In this document: piece by piece, positions 18,718 through 26,588 of the stretch
Layout: every line of letters begins with the position of its first letter
Position numbering within the stretch: the stretch's first letter is position 1
DNA from: an uncultured delta proteobacterium
GTDB taxonomy: Bacteria; Myxococcota_A; Polyangia; Fen-1088
Reading direction: 5' to 3'
Assembly (NCBI GenBank): GCA_963767925.1
Contig: CAVYGB010000010.1
Location: 1,440,001-1,504,000 of the forward strand
DNA length: 64,000 nucleotides
Program-made: the position numbers and the translations under genes
The notes under the pieces: generated by a model
What the model saw: the letters and a program-made list of their open reading frames with translations, nothing else
What the model was told of the DNA's origin: nothing
Database searches by the model: none

Positions 18718-19905
18718 TCAAAGCGCCAGATCGAGGCGCAAGCTGATCACGCTGCGGTCGATGGCATGCAGCGGCGCCTGCGATTCGAAGGACAACCTGA
18801 AGTTCGTCAACAAGAGATAGCTCAGTTGCACGGTCAGCACCTCCTGATCGAGCGTGGCGTTCGGGGACAGATCGACCCGATCGTAGCGCATCAGGCCGAG
18901 CCAGCGGGAGGCCAGGCCGACCTGGAGCTCCGCGCGGGTGGCAAGGTAACTGGCGGGAGCGCCGCTGCCATCGGGGTTATCGTGGCTGGCGTAGGCGACC
19001 TGGGCAAACAGGTTCACGCCGTGCGCGGTCATCTCGGCGGCACCCCCCAGGTTCCAGAAGCGATCCGAAAAGCGCAGGGCGACGCCATTGGATTGGTCCA
19101 GGAGCTGGGTCCGCCCGAGGTAACCGAACGCGGCGACGCGCTGACCGACCACGGGCGAAAGCTCGAGCTGCGCGAACAGGTCCTTGTTGTCGTCGAGATC
19201 CCTCAGGCCATCCTGGTCGAGCGCGCCATCGACCAGGGCCAGCAGGTAAAACAACCGCCTCTTCCAGGCGCGGCCGAAGACCTCGATGCCTTGCTGGGTG
19301 GAATCGAGCGCGGTGGGGTTGAGTCCGACTCGCAGGGTTCCGGTGGGATTTCCCAGGCGGGTGAGATCCCGATGCTCGGGCCGGAGGAAATCGAGCAGGA
19401 GGAATCGTCCCAGGCGGACATTGAGCCGGCCCTCCCCGAGGAGCAGGTCGTGAAATCCTACCGAGGCATGGTGCAGCGCCGCCGGAAACAAGGTGGTGGC
19501 GAAGAAGATCGAAACGCCGGGATAGGGCGAGCCGCCTCCCACCAGGAACAGGCTCTCCAGCCAGCGACTGTCGAGGGCGCGCTCACCCGGCTGCGGGTTG
19601 CCAGGAACCAGGAGCGCGCTCTGCATCCGCAGCGACAGGGGCGCCTCAGGAAAGATCTCCAGTCGTTCCCCGGCACTCGGGGCGATGGTGTCACGCTCGC
19701 GGTAAGGCGCCTCGGCGGCGCGGGGGAACCGGTACCCCGCCTCCTTGAAGTCCCGGCCGAAGACGTTCAGCTGGGGAAAGGCCGGGGTGTGGCACGCGCC
19801 GCAGGGGGTCTCGTACTTGCGGGCAAAGGCGGGAATGGCCCCGGCCACGCCCGCCGGCAGGAGGAGCGCGAAGAAGACGCTCAGGCCTGCGAGCGTCCGG
19901 TTCAA
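18718..19905 (-). CDS. Outer-membrane beta-barrel/porin with N-terminal CxxCH haem motif
   Basis: AIPAFARKYETPCGACH..FPQLNVFGRDFK..GY, followed by amphipathic strands ending LRLDLAL. Confidence 0.75.
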   Translation of the reverse strand: MNRTLAGLSVFFALLLPAGVAGAIPAFARKYETPCGACHTPAFPQLNVFGRDFKEAGYRFPRAAEAPYRERDTIAPSAGERLEIFPEAPLSLRMQSALLVPGNPQPGERALDSRWLESLFLVGGGSPYPGVSIFFATTLFPAALHHASVGFHDLLLGEGRLNVRLGRFLLLDFLRPEHRDLTRLGNPTGTLRVGLNPTALDSTQQGIEVFGRAWKRRLFYLLALVDGALDQDGLRDLDDNKDLFAQLELSPVVGQRVAAFGYLGRTQLLDQSNGVALRFSDRFWNLGGAAEMTAHGVNLFAQVAYASHDNPDGSGAPASYLATRAELQVGLASRWLGLMRYDRVDLSPNATLDQEVLTVQLSYLLLTNFRLSFESQAPLHAIDRSVISLRLDLAL

Positions 19906-21065
19906 TGGAGCAACCCCAGGCCGAGCTGGAACATGTGGGCGACGACCCGGATGTCGGCCTCTCGATAGTCCAGCAGCGAGAGGTCGTACCCGAAGTGCAG
20001 GCCAATCGATTCGATACCGGCCCGGCCTACCGACACCCCCCAGCGCAGCTCCGCACCCAGCGTGTGGTCCTGGATCTCGCCGAGGCGCAGGTCCCCGCTC
20101 ATGATCGAAGCGATCCGGGAATAACGTGGCTGGTAAAACGAAGCACGGCTCTGCCGGTAGTAGCGGTACCGCGGCGACAACACGAGCGTCGGACTCAGCT
20201 CCATCGCCAGCACTGCCTCCGGAATCAGGGCCGCGACATCCCAGCTGTCGAAATAGACGCCCTGGCGGAGATGCAGCGCCAGCCCTCTCTCGATCTCCCA
20301 GGATCCGGCCACGAACGCGGTGAAGCGGTTGCGCTGGCGAGGCACGACCTCGGGGTAGAGGGTCGTTCCGACGATGGCCCGCCGGTAGGGGCTGGCCAGC
20401 TGGCCCCTCTGCAACGTGACGCCGCCCCCCCCGGCGACCAGCAGGGTCGGCGTGAGGATCTGGGAGGCCGTCCCCGTGAAGGTCCAGCGCTGGTGGGTGG
20501 CGGGCCAGTCACCCGCTTGCCCCGGTGGCACCTCGACCGGCTTCACTCGATCGCGGCCATGACCCACGAAACCGGTGAGCACGAGGTTCCGATCGAGCAG
20601 CTCCAGCGAACCGTGGGCCCCGCCCGAGATCGAGGCATAGTCCTTCTCGGTGCTCATGCGGAGCATTCCTCCCACCGTCGACGCCGACCCGCCCAGCCGT
20701 CCGTCGTAGCGGAAGGCGGCCATCCCTTCGTACCGCGATTTGTGGGCGACCGATCCGCCACCCACGGTCGCCGATGCGCTCGTCACCGCGTCCGCGGTGG
20801 GTCGGCCGGCGCTCTGGGTCGCGGGATCGAATGCCTCCCGCCCGTCGATCTCGATCGTGTCGCCGAGGGCCCGCAGCTCGACGGTCGCGCGAGACGTGAT
20901 CGGCTGGGTCACGCGGGCCCCGTAGGTGGCCACCAGCAGGCCGGTGTTATCCCGGTAGTAGTCCCCGCGGAGCTCCGCCGCGGCCGGCGGGCGCACTTCG
21001 CGGTGGCCACAGGCCGCCAGGCTGGCGAGAAGGAGACCGGCGAGACCAGACCGACGGGGCGTCAA
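19902..21065 (-). CDS. DUF3570 family beta-barrel-like protein
   Basis: ADAVTSAS, STEKDYAS, G.LASPYR, EVVPRQRNR, YFDSWDV, YRYYRQSRASFY, SGDLRL; adjacent to DUF4266. Confidence 0.85.
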   Translation of the reverse strand: MTPRRSGLAGLLLASLAACGHREVRPPAAAELRGDYYRDNTGLLVATYGARVTQPITSRATVELRALGDTIEIDGREAFDPATQSAGRPTADAVTSASATVGGGSVAHKSRYEGMAAFRYDGRLGGSASTVGGMLRMSTEKDYASISGGAHGSLELLDRNLVLTGFVGHGRDRVKPVEVPPGQAGDWPATHQRWTFTGTASQILTPTLLVAGGGGVTLQRGQLASPYRRAIVGTTLYPEVVPRQRNRFTAFVAGSWEIERGLALHLRQGVYFDSWDVAALIPEAVLAMELSPTLVLSPRYRYYRQSRASFYQPRYSRIASIMSGDLRLGEIQDHTLGAELRWGVSVGRAGIESIGLHFGYDLSLLDYREADIRVVAHMFQLGLGLLH

Positions 21066-21347
21066 CTATTGCGTGCACCCGCAGCCGCCGCCGGGGGCGC
21101 TGCCGGGTAACCCACCACCCGTCTTGCTCTCGAGCACCTTGGCCTGGTAGGCCGGCGTCCACCCGACATCGGCGAAGGGCGACTGCATCGCGCGGGAAGC
21201 CAGCCTTTCCCGCTGCCAAGGCCTGACCCGGGCGCAGGCGCTGGTGGACAGCACCAGCGCCGCTGCTGCGGCGAGGGCGATCGTCATCAGCCGTCTTCTA
21301 ACCGACCGGGCTCCGTCGGGAAACCCGAAACCAGCTTGCTTCATCAT
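21066..21347 (-). CDS. DUF4266 small lipoprotein
   Basis: TSACARVRPWQRERLA..M...GGGCGC. Confidence 0.9.
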   Translation of the reverse strand: MMKQAGFGFPDGARSVRRRLMTIALAAAAALVLSTSACARVRPWQRERLASRAMQSPFADVGWTPAYQAKVLESKTGGGLPGSAPGGGCGCTQ

Positions 21348-21415
21348 CGTGCGCGAGCGTCCCTTGGAGTCTGTTGTTGCCGTGCCGGGCTCCCTCGCGT
21401 TGAGCCCGGGCCCGC

Positions 21416-22834
21416 TCAGTGAGGCCCCGTCTGGTCGCTGGGCCCCTCCGCGCTACCCCAGGTCGCGAGGCTGGTGGGCTTGCCCTTGGTGGTGAGCGTC
21501 TTGACCTTGTTGGTCGAGATCTCGAGCTCGGAGACCGTCGAGTCGCTGCCGTTGGCCACGTACAGGTAACGACCATCCCCCGTGATCGCCATGGCTCGAT
21601 GGCCCGAGTGTCTGCCGATGGCGATCGACGGTCGCTGCACCGGATTGGCAGGGTCGGAGACGTCGATGACCTGGAGCTGATTCGAGTAGCGCTGGTCGAG
21701 GCTACCAGCCGGGGGCGTGCCCTGACTGGCCACGTAGATCGTCTTTCCGTCCGCGGAGATCTTCATCTGCTCCGGCGCGACCGTCGCGGCCTCGGTTCCC
21801 ACGAGCTTCTCGCGGCAGCTCGCATCCATGTAGAGGAGCGGCAACTGCTTGACCACGCTGTCCTGCATCCCGTCGATGACGACGAGCTGACCGATCTGGC
21901 AATCGACCCCCGGCCTGGCCACATCCCCCTCTCGCGGACGATTCTGGAGCGAGTAGACGTAACGACCATCTTTGCCCGCCTTCGCGTATCCGCTGCCCGA
22001 GCCATTTGTGTCGAGCAACTTCAAGGTGGGAGGATCCTCGTCCTGGGCGACCGAGAGGATCTTTCCCCATCCGGTCAGGTTGTGATAACCGCGCTTGCCG
22101 GCGCGCGCGAACGCTCCGCCGTGGGGCACGGCCCCCTTGCTCGCGCAGCCCGCGCCCAGGCTGGGGTCCATCTCGGACGCGGAGAAGCTCTTGACCACCG
22201 TGGGGTTCGCGACATTGCTGTAATCGATGACGGCGACCGCCGAGTTGCAGTCGGCGATGTTGCTCACGGACACCCGGGCCCGCTCGACGCTGAAGGCGTT
22301 CTTGTGGTGTCCCATGCCCGGCAAGGTGACCTCCCCGACGGGCCGGAGATACGTCGAGCTGCCGGGCGTGAGGTCGAGGAAGCGCAGCGTGTTGGTCGCC
22401 AGCATCGGGACCGTACCGTCGTTGTTGGTGACCCAGTAGGTCTTTCCGGCCACGGCCGGTGTCACATAGCTGTGCACGGGCGTCGTGCCCCCGGTCGCGG
22501 AGGACGCTACCCGGGACTTCGCCTGCATCGTGGCCCCGTCGAAAACCACGATCTCGTTGCTGGTCGTCAGGTTGACGATCACCGTCCCATCGGCCAGGGC
22601 CTGCATCTCCGTCGCCCCTTTGACGTTGGTCAGCGACCCGGGTCGTTCCTGGCCGGTCGCGATGTCATAGGAGTTGAGGGTCCCCTCGGCGTACGCGACG
22701 AACAGGGTGTGGGCCCCGGCGGCCGGGCGGGGATCGGGCCCATCCGGCGCTGGATCACCGCCGCAGCCGGCGGCCGCCAGGATGCCGGCCGCGAGCACAA
22801 GCCACCTCATGCCTCGACTCATCAACTTGGCCAT
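21416..22834 (-). CDS. His-rich YncE/YVTN (AztD-like) beta-propeller lipoprotein
   Basis: AAGC lipobox; ISADGKTIYV, ITGDGRYLYVANGSDSTVS repeats; PVHSY, GHHK, PHG, HSGH. Confidence 0.75.
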   Translation of the reverse strand: MAKLMSRGMRWLVLAAGILAAAGCGGDPAPDGPDPRPAAGAHTLFVAYAEGTLNSYDIATGQERPGSLTNVKGATEMQALADGTVIVNLTTSNEIVVFDGATMQAKSRVASSATGGTTPVHSYVTPAVAGKTYWVTNNDGTVPMLATNTLRFLDLTPGSSTYLRPVGEVTLPGMGHHKNAFSVERARVSVSNIADCNSAVAVIDYSNVANPTVVKSFSASEMDPSLGAGCASKGAVPHGGAFARAGKRGYHNLTGWGKILSVAQDEDPPTLKLLDTNGSGSGYAKAGKDGRYVYSLQNRPREGDVARPGVDCQIGQLVVIDGMQDSVVKQLPLLYMDASCREKLVGTEAATVAPEQMKISADGKTIYVASQGTPPAGSLDQRYSNQLQVIDVSDPANPVQRPSIAIGRHSGHRAMAITGDGRYLYVANGSDSTVSELEISTNKVKTLTTKGKPTSLATWGSAEGPSDQTGPH

Positions 22835-22856
22835 CTTGCTCCTGTCTCGACGGTAT

Positions 22857-23420
22857 CTACCGTGGTGCCCGACGCCGCCGTCGGGCCATCAGCGCGGCGG
22901 CGACGGCGATGGACAGCCAGGAAATCCCCGACCGCCCCCCCACCGTGGTGCAGTCACATCCGGCCTCCGGTGGCGCTCCGGGCTGGCGGCCGTCGCCCGG
23001 GGGAGCCGTGGTCCCATCCACGGTGGCCGCCCCCGCATCGGCGCAGCCGGGCATCGGTTCGTGAACACATCCCTTGGTGACCTCGCAGCGGTCGACGGTG
23101 CAGCCGTTGCCGTCATCGCAGGTGCCCCCGTCTCCCGCGCAGGTCACGCAGGACGTCGAGGCCACCGCCGCGGCAAAGGTGCCGTCGGGGCACGCCTTGC
23201 ACATGGTGCTCCTGGTCGTGTCGGCGTATTGACCGGGGACGCAGGGATGACAGATCTCCCCGTCGCTCCAGAACCCGATGGGGGCGTCCACGCAGTCGTC
23301 GACAGCGTCGTGACAGGTGCCCGGAACCGTGCAATGGGCCCGGGCATCGCCGACGCTCAATCCAGCCACGGCGGCGACGAGCGCCACCGTGACGGGAGAC
23401 CTTGTTCGCTTCGATCTCAC
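22857..23420 (-). CDS. Cys-rich surface protein with MYXO-CTERM sorting signal
   Basis: CHPCVPGQY..CKACPDGTF, CDDGNGCTVDRC; C-terminal GCDC + hydrophobic helix + RRRRR. Confidence 0.75.
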   Translation of the reverse strand: MRSKRTRSPVTVALVAAVAGLSVGDARAHCTVPGTCHDAVDDCVDAPIGFWSDGEICHPCVPGQYADTTRSTMCKACPDGTFAAAVASTSCVTCAGDGGTCDDGNGCTVDRCEVTKGCVHEPMPGCADAGAATVDGTTAPPGDGRQPGAPPEAGCDCTTVGGRSGISWLSIAVAAALMARRRRRAPR

Positions 23421-23421
23421 T

Positions 23422-23658
23422 TCAGAGCGTGAGTCCTGGGGGAATGAGGTCGCAGGGCAGCCCCTCGGTGGGGGGGCGCGGCAGCTCGTCCGGCGTGTCG
23501 AGGCACGAGCTTACGGTGGTGGCCTGTGCGGTGTCCACCGCCCCGTCCGGGCTCCCCGCATCCGCTCTGGCGACGCCGCCTTCCACGAGCACCGAAGGTT
23601 CTTCTTCGCCACAGGTGCAGGCGAAACAGACGACCGCCAAGAGTAATAACCGACGCAT
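23422..23658 (-). CDS. Small Cys-containing lipoprotein
   Basis: ATG 23658 with GAGGAG RBS; MRRLLLLAVVCFACTC; C-terminal CLDTPDELPRPP..LPCDLIPP. Confidence 0.7.
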   Translation of the reverse strand: MRRLLLLAVVCFACTCGEEEPSVLVEGGVARADAGSPDGAVDTAQATTVSSCLDTPDELPRPPTEGLPCDLIPPGLTL

Positions 23659-23681
23659 CGTGATCTCCTCGAGCTCGAGGG

Positions 23682-24428
23682 CTAGAACCTGACCCAGACT
23701 TCGTCCCCGGCCGCCAGGCTGGTGAGCGCCGTGACCCCCGACGTGGTGCCGACCCGGGCCGCGATGTTGGCGTTCGGGCTGTAGGCCGCAGTTCCCTTCC
23801 ACACGATGAGCGCGTTGACGAAATAGACGGGAAGGTCGGCGGCGGCGATGCTCACGCCCGCCGGGAGGGTGTACTTGTTCCAGCCCGGCACGCGCGGAGG
23901 CACGATCCTCAACGCCGCGGCAGGCTCCCGCTCGGCCCCACCGTCCGGCACCGGCGCATCGGTCGGAACCCCCACCCAGTCCACGACCTCCTCGGCACCA
24001 GCCATGTCGCGACAGGTCTGATGGATGGGGAAGTAGAGCGTCGAGAAGGGCTTGTTCGGGAGCTTCATCCGCGCCACCAGCTTGTAATAGGCGGTGTCGG
24101 CGGGCAGGAGGTTGGCCAGAGGCTTCTGCCAGGTCACCTTGGTCACGTTCCCTGCCGCGTCCTTCTCGACGGCGGCGGGCCCGAAGTCACTGGTCAACGT
24201 CCGCAGCCCGGTCACGCCAGGCGGAATGTCGATGACCACCCGGTAGGTATCGTGGTCATTGCAGCCGTGACCCACACCGAACGTGACCTCGGTCGTGGCG
24301 TCCGCAAAGCCCACGCCGGAAGCCACGCTGATATGAGCGCGCGCCTCGGATCCGACGAGGACAGCCCCGCCCAGAACCAGCAAAGCTACTAGGTTCGCCC
24401 TGATCTCGCTGTCGATGACTGCTTTCAT
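23682..24428 (-). CDS. YcnI/DUF1775 copper-binding protein with extra C-terminal domain
   Basis: ARA|HISV mature N-terminal His; FGVGHGC; KVTW; LYFPIHQTC; VDWV. Confidence 0.85.
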   Translation of the reverse strand: MKAVIDSEIRANLVALLVLGGAVLVGSEARAHISVASGVGFADATTEVTFGVGHGCNDHDTYRVVIDIPPGVTGLRTLTSDFGPAAVEKDAAGNVTKVTWQKPLANLLPADTAYYKLVARMKLPNKPFSTLYFPIHQTCRDMAGAEEVVDWVGVPTDAPVPDGGAEREPAAALRIVPPRVPGWNKYTLPAGVSIAAADLPVYFVNALIVWKGTAAYSPNANIAARVGTTSGVTALTSLAAGDEVWVRF

Positions 24429-24530
24429 GAGCGCGGACGATAGCGCGGACTCGCCCTCAGCCACATGCGGCAAGTTGTCGCGCAGGCCGCCCGGCCGTGG
24501 GCGCCGCGGCGCCATGCAACGCGCCGGGGA

Positions 24531-24718
24531 GCGGGACCCTCCGAGGGTCCCGACTAGATCGCCTGCGGAGCCGCCGAGCTTGCTCGGCGCGTAGCTTCGC
24601 GGGGGGGGGGGGGCGGGACCCTCCGAGGGTCCCGACTAGAATCGCCTGCGGAGCCGCCGAGCTTGCTCGGCGCGTAGCTTCGCGGGGGGGGCGGGACCCT
24701 CCGAGGGTCCCGACTAGA
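24531..24718. repeat. REP-like palindromic direct repeat array (3 hairpin units, period about 80 bp)
   Basis: GCGGGACCCTCCGAGGGTCCCGACTAGA at 24531, 24613, 24691; spacers near-identical with GCCGAGCTTGCTCGGC hairpin and poly-G. Confidence 0.9.
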
Positions 24719-25556
24719 ACGTCAGGCCGGCGCCGGCGGCGAGGCCTTGTTCGCCGAGGGGGGCGCCTTCTACGAAGAGGTCGACGCGGCGGCGGATGAG
24801 GACCGCGAGGCCGGCGCCGAGCTGGTAGTGGTGCGTGTCGGTGCCGCTGATGGCCTGGCCGGCGTAGCGCCAGAACACGGGGCCGCCGAAGGCGCGGGCC
24901 AGGGCGTAGGGCGTGAACGTGCGCCACAACGTCGTCGCCAGCACCGCGCCGACCCGCACGTCGACCGCCTGGTAGGAAGCCCCCTGGTTCCTCGCCCAGG
25001 CGTACGAGAGCTGGCCGGTGAGCAGCAGGAAGGGGCCGCTGCGCCCACCCTCGAGCGCCCGCCAGGACCCGCCCGCCACCGCCACCACGCCCGGCTCGAA
25101 GCTGTACACCGAGCCGGCCACCGGCTCCGCCCCCTCCTCGACCGGTGCGATCACCTCGCCCCCGACCGGCTCGGCGCGGAGGTGACCGCCGAGGAAGCCG
25201 CCCGCCCCAACCACCAGAGTCGTCCGCCGCGTGCGCCGAACCTCCAGCGTCACCAGCGAAGCGTGGCGCTCCTGCACGAAGCGGCGGTCCCCGTCGAACA
25301 CCAGCCCGGTCGAGGAGAACGCGTAGCTCGAGCCGAGGTGCCACTTCCGGCGGACCGCCTCCTCGTGCTCATCGAGGCTGCAGCTCGTGATCCCTGCCGT
25401 CCCGCCGGCGGTGATCCCACACGCCGCCGCCGGCGCGGCGCCCGCCGCCACCGCCAGCAGCCCGGCCGCCAGCGACAAGCCGGGGCCGACCCACGTCCCT
25501 CCCCTCTTCCAGCCAGCCGGCGACGCGAAACCACAGCCACGGGCTGCCGACTTCAT
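24714..25556 (-). CDS. Putative outer-membrane beta-barrel with N-terminal Cys/His segment
   Basis: Signal peptide then CGITAGGTAGITSCSLDEHEE; amphipathic strands; DTHHYQLGAG; C-terminal F; start uncertain. Confidence 0.65.
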   Translation of the reverse strand: MKSAARGCGFASPAGWKRGGTWVGPGLSLAAGLLAVAAGAAPAAACGITAGGTAGITSCSLDEHEEAVRRKWHLGSSYAFSSTGLVFDGDRRFVQERHASLVTLEVRRTRRTTLVVGAGGFLGGHLRAEPVGGEVIAPVEEGAEPVAGSVYSFEPGVVAVAGGSWRALEGGRSGPFLLLTGQLSYAWARNQGASYQAVDVRVGAVLATTLWRTFTPYALARAFGGPVFWRYAGQAISGTDTHHYQLGAGLAVLIRRRVDLFVEGAPLGEQGLAAGAGLTF

Positions 25557-25846
25557 CTTCCCACTTTACCGCGAGTCGCGTCCCCCCGGCGACCTGTACG
25601 CCAGGACCGACATGTCCCCGCGAAGACCGGCTCGCCGCCGCAGCGCCACGATTGGTTCCGCCGCTGCTGCCCTTTCCGACTCCGGCGGGGCCATTCTCCG
25701 GCGGGCGTCGCATCCCACCCGACCGGCGCTGCCGCACGAGACGCGCAGCGAACGGCGGCGGCGCGGGCGGGTGGGACCAGGTGGGATGCGGCGCTGGACC
25801 GGGAGGAGTCGAGAGGGGCCTGATAAGATCGTGGAGGGGGTTCGGG

Positions 25847-26443
25847 ATGCTGCGGATCGCGTACGGGCTGGGTTTCGGGTTCCTGGGCTTGTGCGGGCTG
25901 GCGATCGCGGGGCGACCGGCGGCGGTCGAGACCGAGACGTTGATCCGGATCTCGATCCCTCCGACCGGGCCGGCGCCGGCCGACGGGTCGGCCGCGGGGT
26001 GGTTCGCTGGCATCCGCCCGCGCTGCAACGCCGTCGAGGTGGAGGTGGCCCTGCGCGGGTCGCCTGCTCCCGACGGCAACGAGGGCGCGAGCTACACCGC
26101 CGGCTGCCTGGCCCTCGCGGGCAAGATGGTCCGCGCGCAGGGCACCATCGAGGCCCTGCCCGCCGGCTGGCGCCCGCGCGCCGCCGGCATCGTGTTCGAC
26201 ATCGTCCACCCGGTGGCCGACGCGGGCGACGACCAGTCGGCTGGCCCCATGATGCGCCTGGTGCTGCGCTACACCCCGGAGAACTACCAGGCGCTCTACC
26301 ACGCGGGCATGGCCGAATACGCGGTGGGCGATCGCCCGCTGGCCCGAGCGCACCTCACCCGCTTCCTCGAGCTGTACCGGTCCGACGACGGCTGGACCCG
26401 CAACGCCCGCGAGGTGCTCGCCCGCCCCGGCATGACCCCATGA
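25847..26443 (+). CDS. Exported TPR-containing hypothetical protein
   Basis: GGAGG RBS; hydrophobic leader; PENYQALYHAGMAEY..ARAHLTRFLELY TPR-like segment. Confidence 0.65.
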   Translation: MLRIAYGLGFGFLGLCGLAIAGRPAAVETETLIRISIPPTGPAPADGSAAGWFAGIRPRCNAVEVEVALRGSPAPDGNEGASYTAGCLALAGKMVRAQGTIEALPAGWRPRAAGIVFDIVHPVADAGDDQSAGPMMRLVLRYTPENYQALYHAGMAEYAVGDRPLARAHLTRFLELYRSDDGWTRNAREVLARPGMTP

Positions 26444-26588
26444 TCCCGCGCCCCCCTGGCCCGCCCGGAGCCGCCGCGCCCGCCGCACGCCCATCCGTGG
26501 AGACGGCGATCGACCCTGCACCGTCCGCCCCCACCACGAAGCCAGCCCATGCCCGAGCTCGAACGGGCCCACCGGCGGAGCGCCAGCG

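Noticed and set aside
24531..24718. CRISPR array
   Set aside because: Spacers are near-identical to each other and there are no cas genes; better explained as a REP-like repeat
25560..25840. Cobalamin or metal riboswitch upstream of the metal cluster
   Set aside because: Conserved B12-box or other hallmark sequences not found by eye; an Rfam scan would be decisive
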